Assembly (NCBI GenBank): GCA_041691135.1
Contig: JBEPVF010000001.1
Location: 192,001-256,000 of the forward strand
Length of the DNA: 64,000 nt
Origin: Candidatus Peribacteria bacterium
GTDB taxonomy: Bacteria; Patescibacteriota; Gracilibacteria; Peribacterales; Peribacteraceae
Reading direction: 5' to 3'
Part shown: positions 1 through 8,910 of the stretch, one piece after another
Layout of the letters: every line of letters starts with the position of its first letter
How positions within the stretch are numbered: position 1 is the stretch's first letter
The notes under the pieces: model-generated
What the model was told of the DNA's origin: nothing
What the model saw: only the letters and a program-made list of their open reading frames with translations
Databases searched by the model: none
Program-made: the position numbers and the translations under genes

Positions 1-17
1 TTGTGAATTTTTCAGTG

Positions 18-226
18 GGGCGCTGCCGCTTTCTCCGGAGCAATCGCAAAGAAGCATATTCATCGTGCGCTCTTGCCGTACCCTTCCCCAACCCTCTTCT
101 ATTATGTCCTTCCCCGTACCAGCGTGTGGGAGGACCGGGGAAGGTGCTCCGCAGAGCGGATGGGGTGCATCAGCCCACGATGAATCGGCTTACTGCCACT
201 GCTCCGCGCAGAAAGCGACAGCGCCC
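18..226. ncRNA. ~210-nt rod-like structured element (6S RNA-like, or a palindromic repeat element)
   Basis: Nested stems: 18-34/210-226 (one mismatch), 36-42/200-206, 58-67/176-185, 68-76/151-158, 82-89/137-144. Internal bubble at 43-57/186-199. Confidence 0.4.
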
Positions 227-311
227 AAATCATTAAACTGATACCCGTTTCATTTCTGGTTCCGCACTTCTTGCGTCTTTGAAATTCCCTGAATCTTTCA
301 AGAATATTTTA

Positions 312-339
312 TTGACTCACTCATCATTCCAAGTAAAAT
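312..339 (+). promoter_or_regulatory. sigma70-type promoter of the Met-leader transcript
   Basis: TTGACT (312-317), 16-nt spacer, TAAAAT (334-339). Predicted start ~346-347 coincides with the GTG of leader 1. Confidence 0.7.
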
Positions 340-346
340 CTCACTC

Positions 347-427
347 GTGACTACCTTACACCGCTCCTCCGGCAACACCATGATGCAGATGATGATGCCA
401 CGATTGCGAGGGCGGGTAACTGCATAG
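347..427 (+). CDS. Met-rich leader peptide 1 (MTTLHRSSGNTMMQMMMPRLRGRVTA)
   Basis: GTG start; ATG ATG CAG ATG ATG ATG at 380-397; TAG at 425-427; overlaps the antiterminator 5' arm. Confidence 0.8.
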   Translation: MTTLHRSSGNTMMQMMMPRLRGRVTA

Positions 428-477
428 TCACACTCTATGTTCCCGAAATTCCCCTCGCATCGATCGCGGGGTTTTTT
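405..477 (+). promoter_or_regulatory. attenuator 1 (antiterminator/terminator switch)
   Basis: TGCGAGGG (405-412) pairs with CCCTCGCA (452-459). The latter is also the 5' arm of the terminator 451-471, followed by T6 at 472-477. Confidence 0.8.
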
Positions 478-496
478 GTAGCCAAAAAGAAATCTC

Positions 497-592
497 ATGA
501 ACCTTCCTCAATTCTCTCCTAACGGCAGCATTACAAACATCACCACCATGATGAGTATGTGCATGCGTGTCCCGCGGGCGATGAGAGTATGA
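497..592 (+). CDS. Met-rich leader peptide 2 (MNLPQFSPNGSITNITTMMSMCMRVPRAMRV)
   Basis: ATG 497; MMSMCM cluster at 548-565; TGA at 590-592. Confidence 0.8.
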   Translation: MNLPQFSPNGSITNITTMMSMCMRVPRAMRV

Positions 593-650
593 GAGAAATG
601 GAACTCATAACTCACCCTGCGGGACTGCTGCAGGGGAGTTTTTCTATTTC
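569..650 (+). promoter_or_regulatory. attenuator 2 (antiterminator/terminator switch)
   Basis: GTCCCGCGGG (569-578) pairs with CCTGCGGGAC (616-625, one G-U). It competes with the terminator 609-622/628-640, which has a T-rich tail. Confidence 0.8.
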
Positions 651-666
651 TTTTATATTTTCTCTC

Positions 667-1620
667 ATGACTCATAATTTTCCAACCTATTCACTTCTCC
701 TTTCCGATACGTACGGTTCCTTCAATGACGATCCACTTCAGGCCCCCTTTGATCCTGATGTCACGACTTTGACCGATCTTGCGATCGTCCGCGATGCAAT
801 TGAGCATGGTGATCAGGAATTACCATCGCTTCGCTATAACCAAAAGGTCCCCATTCGCGGAAGAGAAGAGGCACTGGCTCATCATCTTTTACACTTGTTA
901 GTTGACTGGCACGATCAATACGAAGACATCCTGCGGTCTGCAGATATTTATAATGGCGTTTTCATCAATGCAGCTAGCCGGGACCGCATTGGTGGCATAG
1001 AACCATTCTCAGTGGCAGAAACAGACAATAATCTCCGCGTTGTCACGAGCAACTTGTCTTACCTGAGTGGCATAAAAAATAGAGTCAAATCCTTGAAGAC
1101 TATTCCAAATCAAGATAACCATCTGTTTCCCAATGGTACGCAATTTCGCTCAGAAGTGACGCATCTACTACTGCGCCGAAATAATACAAAAGCGAAACTT
1201 GTGGAGAGAAATACATCCGACATACCGCATGATTCGAAGGATAATGATTTGCGCGTGCAATTTGTCGACACCTTTGGCAACCTTATCACTGGTAATGAAC
1301 GTACGACTGAAGAAATTTTGCCGCGCCTGACTCAGGCAGCACACAGCGAACGCCGTCGCATTAAAATTATCATCGGCGAAAATGGGTCACATCAAACACT
1401 GCCTGGCTATGCAAGTACATCACTTGAAGCAGGAGAGACCGGAAAAGTTCTAGCATACGAAAACGGTAGACATGTTGATATCGTACGAAAATGGTTACCC
1501 GGCGAAAGCGCCAAAGTCACTACCGAAAAATCAGCGTACGTCTTGGCAGGCCGTCCCACAGAGAGGCAAGCAAAAGTGAGAATAGCCTTCGAAAGCGAGG
1601 AAGGTTTTGAAAACCTATAG
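667..1620 (+). CDS. SAM hydrolase / SAM-dependent halogenase (DUF62)-like protein
   Basis: Motifs LLSDTYG, FINAASR, GTQFRS and VDTFGNLIT resemble the family's TDFG, QFRSRD/TFHGRD and DxFGNxxT. Start moved to ATG 667, downstream of the attenuator. Confidence 0.6.
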   Translation: MTHNFPTYSLLLSDTYGSFNDDPLQAPFDPDVTTLTDLAIVRDAIEHGDQELPSLRYNQKVPIRGREEALAHHLLHLLVDWHDQYEDILRSADIYNGVFINAASRDRIGGIEPFSVAETDNNLRVVTSNLSYLSGIKNRVKSLKTIPNQDNHLFPNGTQFRSEVTHLLLRRNNTKAKLVERNTSDIPHDSKDNDLRVQFVDTFGNLITGNERTTEEILPRLTQAAHSERRRIKIIIGENGSHQTLPGYASTSLEAGETGKVLAYENGRHVDIVRKWLPGESAKVTTEKSAYVLAGRPTERQAKVRIAFESEEGFENL

Positions 1621-1630
1621 GCACCGCTGT

Positions 1631-1662
1631 AGAGCAATCATTTTTTAAAAGGTGATTGCTCT
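1631..1662 (+). terminator. hairpin terminator
   Basis: AGAGCAATCA ... TGATTGCTCT inverted repeat just after the stop codon. Confidence 0.6.
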
Positions 1663-1746
1663 GCTTTAAAGGCTACGGAATGACAATGGATTGCTTTGTC
1701 AGCTTCTTATATACTGCTACACTAAACCCGTCTTCTCCCGCTTTTT

Positions 1747-2406
1747 ATGGCTGATCAAACCACTGGAACGAATCCACCGCCACGACCCGGCGACCCGGTA
1801 CCGGAGGGTGGGTTAGATCCCACGCAAGTATTTGCCACGCCGCCTTCGATGGCACCGCAGGGCGGAGCTGCAGGTGCGCAGCAAGGAGCTGCTGCCGGGC
1901 AACAAGGAGATCAGGGAGCCGCGCCTCAGCCGGACCAGGGTCCGCCTCCGCCGCCTCCAGGCACGGTCGCGACCAAGGAAATGGGATACGACGACGAAGA
2001 TATTCGCGTTTTGGGCGAAGTGGGCAACTACCGCTTCGGCAGTATCAGCGCCACACTCAACAATGATCATTTGATGATTCCGGCCCATCCGGAAACGGTG
2101 TTCGATGAGCAGTTCTTTCTCGCGCTCTTGCGCGGAAGCATCTCACTCACGCGCGACGAAAAGTGGCGCATCATCCAAGCCATCCCCAAGTTGAGTCAGT
2201 TTCAAATCGATGAACTGCAGAAAATCCTGGACGAGGAGCGTCACAAGTTCAGCGAACTCTCGCCCAAGCACCTGCTCCAGTTGATGAAGCTCGAACAGAA
2301 GCACTCCGAAGACTGGCGCGACCTGCAATCGATCAATATCCAACAGGGAGCCAAGCAGGCCGAACAGTCGCAGGCGGAAGAGATCAGAAAGCAACTCGGC
2401 CTTTGA
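1747..2406 (+). CDS. hypothetical protein with Pro/Gln/Gly-rich N-terminus and helical C-domain
   Basis: 219-aa ORF with host-like codon use and a pyrimidine-rich leader. Confidence 0.8.
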   Translation: MADQTTGTNPPPRPGDPVPEGGLDPTQVFATPPSMAPQGGAAGAQQGAAAGQQGDQGAAPQPDQGPPPPPPGTVATKEMGYDDEDIRVLGEVGNYRFGSISATLNNDHLMIPAHPETVFDEQFFLALLRGSISLTRDEKWRIIQAIPKLSQFQIDELQKILDEERHKFSELSPKHLLQLMKLEQKHSEDWRDLQSINIQQGAKQAEQSQAEEIRKQLGL

Positions 2407-2438
2407 TGTTGTCTTTCCGCTGATTTGTCTGAATCCTT

Positions 2439-2969
2439 TTAAATATTTTGATGAAACAAAAACAACGCCACCAATCCAAGTACCGTCAGTCCCGCTCCGG
2501 TAAGCAAGCCACGTCCGAAAAGGCGGTGTACTGAGGAGAGGAGAAGAAACAAAAAGGCGCCGAAGGTGAAGGAGAGAACAATCGGCGACCAGAACAGATC
2601 ATCAATGTATGGTAACTGAAACGGAAATTTGCGGAGGAATTGGTACGAGCCCAACGCATAGATCAAAAAATACCAAGCCAGTAACCAGCCGGCATACAAT
2701 CGCAATGTATCGATGATCGGATAGTATAATCCGCCCGTACGCTTTGCGGTGCTTGTTTCCAATACAACGGGAGTCGCCGTCGTTTCGTGTTCCGTCACTT
2801 GCCAGGCGACCGGTTCTTCTTTTTTGATCGGATCAACTTCTTCGATTGAATCAATTTGCACATTCATCTGCCGCAGTGCTGCACGCGCCGCCTGTATGTT
2901 GAGCGCATCGATCATTCCTTGTGCGGCCTCGCCTTGTTCGTCGTGAGAGGTATAACGGAATAGGGGCAT
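2439..2969 (-). CDS. membrane protein with a PilC/GspF-like N-terminal segment
   Basis: MPLFRYTSHDEQGEAAQGMIDA resembles PilC N-termini; three TM segments follow. Confidence 0.6.
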   Translation of the reverse strand: MPLFRYTSHDEQGEAAQGMIDALNIQAARAALRQMNVQIDSIEEVDPIKKEEPVAWQVTEHETTATPVVLETSTAKRTGGLYYPIIDTLRLYAGWLLAWYFLIYALGSYQFLRKFPFQLPYIDDLFWSPIVLSFTFGAFLFLLLSSVHRLFGRGLLTGAGLTVLGLVALFLFHQNI

Positions 2970-3150
2970 GGAGGGGATTGTACTATGCCTCTTATAAGGC
3001 GGCCATCATAAGATGACGGGCTGCTGAGGAAACCGACGGACCAAGGCAACCAAGAATATTAAGAGAGTATTGGAGATGATAGTAATTGCGAGAAAAAAAG
3101 AAGCCGAGGATGTCCTCGGCTTCTTCCGTACATTGATTCCGTTGGTTTCC

Positions 3151-4086
3151 TCACGAAGGTGTTGCCGTCGTAACATTCTTCAAAATATATTCGATCTGCG
3201 TCCTGAGGCTTGCTGGTCCGCTGATTTCGAAGTGACGGTTCTCAGTCCATGCACGATAACCGGTAACTGTGTCACCCTGCACCTTGATTTGTCCGTCAGA
3301 GGCGCCTGTCGATTCCACAGAACCAGACATGAGGTTAACCGCAATCGGCCCGTCACCCATGTTCTGAATTTCTTCATTGCTCAATTCTACGTGCCACAGG
3401 AAGGAGGTCGTCGCCCCGTACGATTTGTACCACGAGTTCTTGTGCACCGGAATGCAGAAGCCGATATGGGACGAACAATACTGTTGGCTCCAACTGGCGA
3501 TATCCATGTTGTACTTTGCCATCACATCGATGCGCGCCTGTTTGGCCGCATCGGCATCGATGCTCGATCCTGCACTGGAAAACGTCTGCTCGGCCGAAGA
3601 CGATTGTGCCGCCATTTGACGTGACGATGACTGAAGAGAATGCGCACTGGATGATTCACTGCTCATATTGAACGACTCTTGCGACGAAGAAGATGAGGCG
3701 TCGAAGGCGGTTACCTGCATGACATTCATGATTGTGCCACCGGCTTCTGCCGTCGGTTGTTCGTCACCGAACACCTCCACTTCTTTTCCGACGAAAGAAT
3801 CCAAATCCAGGGTCTGGCTCTTGAGCAAGATGAAACGACCGTCATCGAGTGTGAGCCGATGCGTGCCTTCCTGGTAAAATGAGATCCCGGCTTTGTCGAG
3901 CATACCGCGATAGCGCACATCCGCCGTGACAGTTGCCTCGCTCACCGAGCTGGACGACAAGACCATCTCCATTGATGAACTTGAGGCCGCATCCGGTAAT
4001 GTCGATGAGGGATTTGCTTGCTGGGAAAAACAGGCTCCAAGCCCCAGAGAAAGTAGGGCGATGCCGGCGGGAATGATCTTCTTCAT
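3151..4086 (-). CDS. Ser-rich putative lipoprotein
   Basis: MKK + hydrophobic stretch + LGAC lipobox; poly-Ser linkers. Confidence 0.75.
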   Translation of the reverse strand: MKKIIPAGIALLSLGLGACFSQQANPSSTLPDAASSSSMEMVLSSSSVSEATVTADVRYRGMLDKAGISFYQEGTHRLTLDDGRFILLKSQTLDLDSFVGKEVEVFGDEQPTAEAGGTIMNVMQVTAFDASSSSSQESFNMSSESSSAHSLQSSSRQMAAQSSSAEQTFSSAGSSIDADAAKQARIDVMAKYNMDIASWSQQYCSSHIGFCIPVHKNSWYKSYGATTSFLWHVELSNEEIQNMGDGPIAVNLMSGSVESTGASDGQIKVQGDTVTGYRAWTENRHFEISGPASLRTQIEYILKNVTTATPS

Positions 4087-4277
4087 AAGGTAAAGAATGG
4101 AGGAAATCGTAGGCGATAGTATTCATCAGCTATGACGATAGTACTATACACCTTTCACCAATCTGATTTGACTTTTTTCGTCACCAAACGCTGGCAGTAG
4201 TTAGAACGGCCGAATTGCCGGAATTCCGCTTTCAGAAGACCTTCTGCAGCCGTTCAACTTCTGCTATACTGTAGCAA

Positions 4278-4997
4278 ATGAACAAACACCGCGTTCACAT
4301 CTATCAATCACGGCTACACCTCCTGTGGACGGGTTTCTTCTTGATCCTCCCGTTCGCGTTCCTCTTCATCTACTCGCACTTCGCTAAGATCGCGAGCGCG
4401 ACTCTGTTCTACGATGTCCTGGTATCGAGCATTCGCTTGGCAATTGCCTATTTTGTTGCCGCTGCATTGGCCTGGCTCTCCGCAGTCCTCTTTTCGCATG
4501 GTCGACGTTCCATCATTGCGCTGCCGATTTTTGACGTGCTGCAGAGCTTTCCGACATTCGCCGCTCTTCCGCTTGGCGTGATGTTGTGGGGCGAAACGAA
4601 CTTCACAGTCATCTTCTTCCTGGTCATCACCATCATCTGGCCGATTTTCTTTTCGGTCCTCAGCTCCACCCGCCTGGCCAAGCACGACTGGCAGGAGGCG
4701 GTGTTCATCGCTCGTTTGCAGGGATGGGATTATCTGCGCCTGTATCTATGGCCCGTCACGATTTCGGGGCTCATCACCGGATCGATCATCGGACTCGGCG
4801 AAGGATGGGAAGCGCTCGTGGCTACCGAAATGATCGTGGGCATGAAGAATGGATTGGGTCCGTTTTTCCAGATGTATTCGCAGAATTCCAGCATCACCGC
4901 TTTCGGTATTCTGGGTCTGCTGATTCTCATCTTCGGCATCAACAAGATTATCTGGATTCCCTTACTCGACTGGAGCCATCAGAAAATGGAAGAGTAA
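4278..4997 (+). CDS. ABC transporter permease, NitT/TauT family
   Basis: Multiple TMs; LQSFPTFA, EAA-like loop and WEALVATEM motifs. Confidence 0.85.
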   Translation: MNKHRVHIYQSRLHLLWTGFFLILPFAFLFIYSHFAKIASATLFYDVLVSSIRLAIAYFVAAALAWLSAVLFSHGRRSIIALPIFDVLQSFPTFAALPLGVMLWGETNFTVIFFLVITIIWPIFFSVLSSTRLAKHDWQEAVFIARLQGWDYLRLYLWPVTISGLITGSIIGLGEGWEALVATEMIVGMKNGLGPFFQMYSQNSSITAFGILGLLILIFGINKIIWIPLLDWSHQKMEE

Positions 4998-5012
4998 CCT
5001 CCTCACCACACT

Positions 5013-5759
5013 ATGCAACCTGCCATTCATCTTCAATCGATTACGAAAACGTTCCACGATGCGAGCGGCAAAGAACTAACCGCCTTGGACCGCGTGTCCA
5101 TCGATATTCAAAGCGGTGAGTTTTTCCTGTTTGTCGGTCCTTCCGGCTGCGGAAAATCCACCATCCTGCGCATCATGAGCGGACTCGATAAGGATTATCA
5201 TGGCAAGCTCGTCTACGACAGCTCCATCGATCCGTCCAAGTTCAGTTTTGTGTTCCAGCATTTCGCCCTCCTTCCATGGCTGACCGTGGCACAGAATGTC
5301 GAAACCGGTTTGATCGGCCGTCACATGCCACCTGACGAGCGCAAAAGTACGGTACAAGCGGAATTGAAACTGCTCGGCCTCGACCGGTTCGCCAAAAGCT
5401 ATCCGCACCAGCTGTCGGGAGGTATGCAGCAACGCGTCGGCATTGCACGCGCATTGGCCACAAAGCCGTCAGTCATGTTCATGGACGAACCGTTTTCCGA
5501 ACTGGATTCATTCACAGCCGAGGAACTTCGCAAAGAATTGCTGCAGGTATGGGAGGAACGCAAAATGACGATCATCATGGTCACGCATATCGTGGAAGAA
5601 GCACTGGAACTCGGCGACCGTATCGCCGTGATGACACCGCGCCCCGGCAAAATCGAACAGATCGTCGAAAACCGCCTGCCCCGTCCCAGATCTCTCCGAT
5701 CGAAGGAATTTTTCGAAATGGAAGATACGCTATATGCATTAATCAGAAATCAAAAATAA
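5013..5759 (+). CDS. ABC transporter ATP-binding protein, NitT/TauT family
   Basis: GPSGCGKST, LSGGMQQR, MDEPF and RPR tail. Confidence 0.92.
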   Translation: MQPAIHLQSITKTFHDASGKELTALDRVSIDIQSGEFFLFVGPSGCGKSTILRIMSGLDKDYHGKLVYDSSIDPSKFSFVFQHFALLPWLTVAQNVETGLIGRHMPPDERKSTVQAELKLLGLDRFAKSYPHQLSGGMQQRVGIARALATKPSVMFMDEPFSELDSFTAEELRKELLQVWEERKMTIIMVTHIVEEALELGDRIAVMTPRPGKIEQIVENRLPRPRSLRSKEFFEMEDTLYALIRNQK

Positions 5760-5829
5760 AAGACGTCCGTGACTAGCATGCTGTGATCGAAGTCGCATCG
5801 GTTCCTTCTGGCATCTTGGTCAATTTTCG

Positions 5830-6192
5830 TTATTCCAAATACGCCTGTATGCGCGGCCATAATTCATCCTCATCCATATCGCTCTTCACAATGAAATCGA
5901 GAACACCCAGCTGTTTGCATTTGGCCTGATCCATTTCGTCACTCAAGTTGGAGAGAACGATGACGGGAAAAACGTAGCCGTGATCGCGGATGTGTAACAG
6001 TACGGCGTACCCATCCATTTTCGGCATGAGCAGATCAAGCATCAGCAGATCGGGTTGTTCGGCATTGATACGCGTAATGGCATCCACGCCGTTGGATACG
6101 ACACTTACCTGCAGATCGTGATCCTGAAGTGTCAGCTGAATCGTCTCGCGCAGGAAGGGTTCGTCTTCGGCGAGCAACACTTTTTTAGTCAT
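5830..6192 (-). CDS. single-domain response regulator
   Basis: LAEDE, LDLLMPKMDG and FIVKS receiver motifs. Confidence 0.92.
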   Translation of the reverse strand: MTKKVLLAEDEPFLRETIQLTLQDHDLQVSVVSNGVDAITRINAEQPDLLMLDLLMPKMDGYAVLLHIRDHGYVFPVIVLSNLSDEMDQAKCKQLGVLDFIVKSDMDEDELWPRIQAYLE

Positions 6193-8801
6193 AGGGAGTG
6201 GGGAATATCGTAGGACAAGAACACGGAGAACGTCGTTCCTTTGCCTTCTTCCGATGAAAAGGTAATAGTGCCGCCGAGCAATGCGACGGTAATGAATACC
6301 AGATACAGTCCCAAACCTGTTCCATCCGGTTCTTTGGAAATGGCATTGTCGGCCCGGAAGAATTTCTGAAACACCCTCTCCTGCTGGTGCAAAGGAATTC
6401 CGACACCCGTATCCTGTACATCGATGCGCATCCGGCCGTTATCATCCGTAATCCGCACGTCCACCCGTCCGCGTTCTTCGGTATATTTGAATGCGTTGCG
6501 AAGAAGATTCGAGAGAACTTCTTTGAGCAACAGCCGATCGGAGTGAACATCGTGCTTTTGTAATACTTCGATGGAAAACAGCTGTTCCTTCCAGGAAAAT
6601 TCAGCTTCCGATTCGCGTTGGATGCTTTCGATCATTTCACGCACATCGATGGATTCGTGCTTCACTTTGATCTGTCCGGCTTCGATGCGCGAAATTGTGA
6701 GCATGGCATTGATGGTTTCAGCCATGAGTTGCGTGGCATTTTTGGCTGCCGTCAGCATGCTGCGCTGCGCATCATCCAGATTTTTTTCCGTCTTATTCAA
6801 ACGACCGAGCGCCCATCGCACAGTGGTGAGCGGCGTACGCAGCTGGTGCGACGCCAGCGACATGAACTCGGATTTGGCGGCATCGATCCGCTTCTCGTGC
6901 GTGATGTCGCGGAAAAGGAACAGCAAGCCCCTGTTTACGTCATCGACCATGATACTGAGGAAGTCACTCGATAAAATGCGACCATCGACCAACACAATTT
7001 CCTGACCCAATTGTTCGACATTCTGAAGAATGGCGATCTTCAGCAGCGCCACATATCGCTCCGGCTCGCGTAATTGTTTCTGAAGCATACTGATGACTTC
7101 TTGACCGGACTTGCCGATAAGCGTGTCGGCGGACATATCCAGATTGAACATCCGGCAAAAGCGCTGATTCACGTGCAATATTTTCTGCTGCTCATCGGTG
7201 GCAATAGCAGCCATGGGCAGGTTGTCGATCGCTCCTTTCAACCGCTGCAGATTCGCTTTGTCTTTCACTTCGGCTTCGGTGCGTACGGCGATTTCATTCT
7301 TCAAATCACGGTTGGCCGCTTTCAGTTCACTCGTACGCTCGATCACCCTTTTCTCCAATTCATTGTTGAGCGTACGCACTTCGGACTCCGCCCGTTTGCG
7401 TTCGGTGATCTCCTCCTGCGCTTCCAAATACAGACGGGAATTCTCCACTGCCAATGCCGCTCGTTGTGCCAGATCTTCCGCCAATGCCAAGTCACTCTGC
7501 GTATAGCTCCGATCGGATTCTGCTGACACAAAAACAATGGCGCCCAGAGTTTTGCCGCGGATCAAGAGCGGCACGATCATGACCGATTTCATCCCGATCT
7601 CTTTTACAATGCGTAACTGCTTTTCGTCTTTGATGGACTGACGCAACAGGTCATCGGTAATGAGCGGATAGAGCTCGGACTTTCCCGTTCGCATCACGCG
7701 CGCCACACCTTGTTCTGCATTTGGATCGGACGCATTTTTTTTATTGAGTTCTTTGGCCCACTGAACTTTCTTTCGATCCACATGCTCCACAGCTACGTTA
7801 TGTATGGCTCCGGTCTCATCAACCAGATCCACGCTGCACCAATCGGCGAAACGCGGCACCACCAGCCGGGCGACACTCACCAGTGTCGTCTGATAATCCA
7901 AAGATGAAGCCAGGATATTGCTGGCGTCCGACAGGAATCTGAGCACGTTTTCGTTGCGCTTCTGTTCAGTGATGTCCTGAAAAATATTGAGTGCGTATTC
8001 CACCTCGCCTTTGCGGTCCAGCACGGGCAACGACTTGTACAACGACCAGCGCTCTTCACCGGTTGCCAACACCCTGAAACTCAACATTTTCTCACTTTCT
8101 TCACCAAGCAATGCTTTGCGTCCCGGCATGTCGGTAAGTGCAACCGGATTACCGTCCGCATCTTTCAAATCGAACTTCTGCATGATGTTTGCAACCGAAT
8201 CGGTAAGCAGCGCTTCAACGCTGGGATAACCGATCAGTTCCGCCGCCTTGTCATTGGCATACAAAAGCGAGCCGTCCGGACGCTGCAGGGTAATACCTTC
8301 AGCTACTCCGCGCAAAATAACCGCCAGTTGGTCATATGAGCGTTGTAACTCATTCTCCATCCGTATTCGATCGGTTATATTTCGCGCAATGGAACACGCA
8401 GCGATGACAATCCCGGCGTCATCTTTGATGGGTGATACGGACACCGAAACGTTAATGTACTGCCCATCACGACGCCTGCGAATGGTTTCGAAATGCTCTA
8501 CCGGCCGGCCTTTGCGGATATGACTCATGATCACATCAAACTCATTTTGCCGATCGGCAGGAATGAGGGTGTTGACGTGCTTGCCCAGAATCTGTTTGGC
8601 CGTGTAGCCGTACATCTGTTCGGCGCTCTTGTTCCAGTCGACGATCTTGCCGGACAATGTTTTGATAAAGATCGCATCTTCGGACAATTCGACGACACTC
8701 GCATAGAACTGCCTGGACACTTGTTCCTCTTTCCAAGGCGTTTTCGGCCGCCGCACTCGAGTCATCTGTCGAGCCGTTGCAGAGCGGGGGGAGGGGACCA
8801 T
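6189..8801 (-). CDS. PAS/GAF sensor histidine kinase
   Basis: PAS domains, GAF, H-box ASHQLRTP, N-box NAFKY, G-boxes DTGVG/GTGLGL. Confidence 0.93.
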   Translation of the reverse strand: MVPSPRSATARQMTRVRRPKTPWKEEQVSRQFYASVVELSEDAIFIKTLSGKIVDWNKSAEQMYGYTAKQILGKHVNTLIPADRQNEFDVIMSHIRKGRPVEHFETIRRRRDGQYINVSVSVSPIKDDAGIVIAACSIARNITDRIRMENELQRSYDQLAVILRGVAEGITLQRPDGSLLYANDKAAELIGYPSVEALLTDSVANIMQKFDLKDADGNPVALTDMPGRKALLGEESEKMLSFRVLATGEERWSLYKSLPVLDRKGEVEYALNIFQDITEQKRNENVLRFLSDASNILASSLDYQTTLVSVARLVVPRFADWCSVDLVDETGAIHNVAVEHVDRKKVQWAKELNKKNASDPNAEQGVARVMRTGKSELYPLITDDLLRQSIKDEKQLRIVKEIGMKSVMIVPLLIRGKTLGAIVFVSAESDRSYTQSDLALAEDLAQRAALAVENSRLYLEAQEEITERKRAESEVRTLNNELEKRVIERTSELKAANRDLKNEIAVRTEAEVKDKANLQRLKGAIDNLPMAAIATDEQQKILHVNQRFCRMFNLDMSADTLIGKSGQEVISMLQKQLREPERYVALLKIAILQNVEQLGQEIVLVDGRILSSDFLSIMVDDVNRGLLFLFRDITHEKRIDAAKSEFMSLASHQLRTPLTTVRWALGRLNKTEKNLDDAQRSMLTAAKNATQLMAETINAMLTISRIEAGQIKVKHESIDVREMIESIQRESEAEFSWKEQLFSIEVLQKHDVHSDRLLLKEVLSNLLRNAFKYTEERGRVDVRITDDNGRMRIDVQDTGVGIPLHQQERVFQKFFRADNAISKEPDGTGLGLYLVFITVALLGGTITFSSEEGKGTTFSVFLSYDIPHSL

Positions 8802-8910
8802 GGAGTGGTCATTGTAACAAACTTTTATGCGAAGAAAATTCTCGCTCCAGGTACATAGCTGAGAACCGGGTAGATAGAGTATGATGACGGCATCTCTTCA
8901 CTTTTCTTAC

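Noticed and set aside
559-666. N-terminal extension of the 353-aa ORF from GTG 559
   Set aside because: It runs through leader 2 and its terminator; ATG 667 after the U-rich tract is the plausible start.
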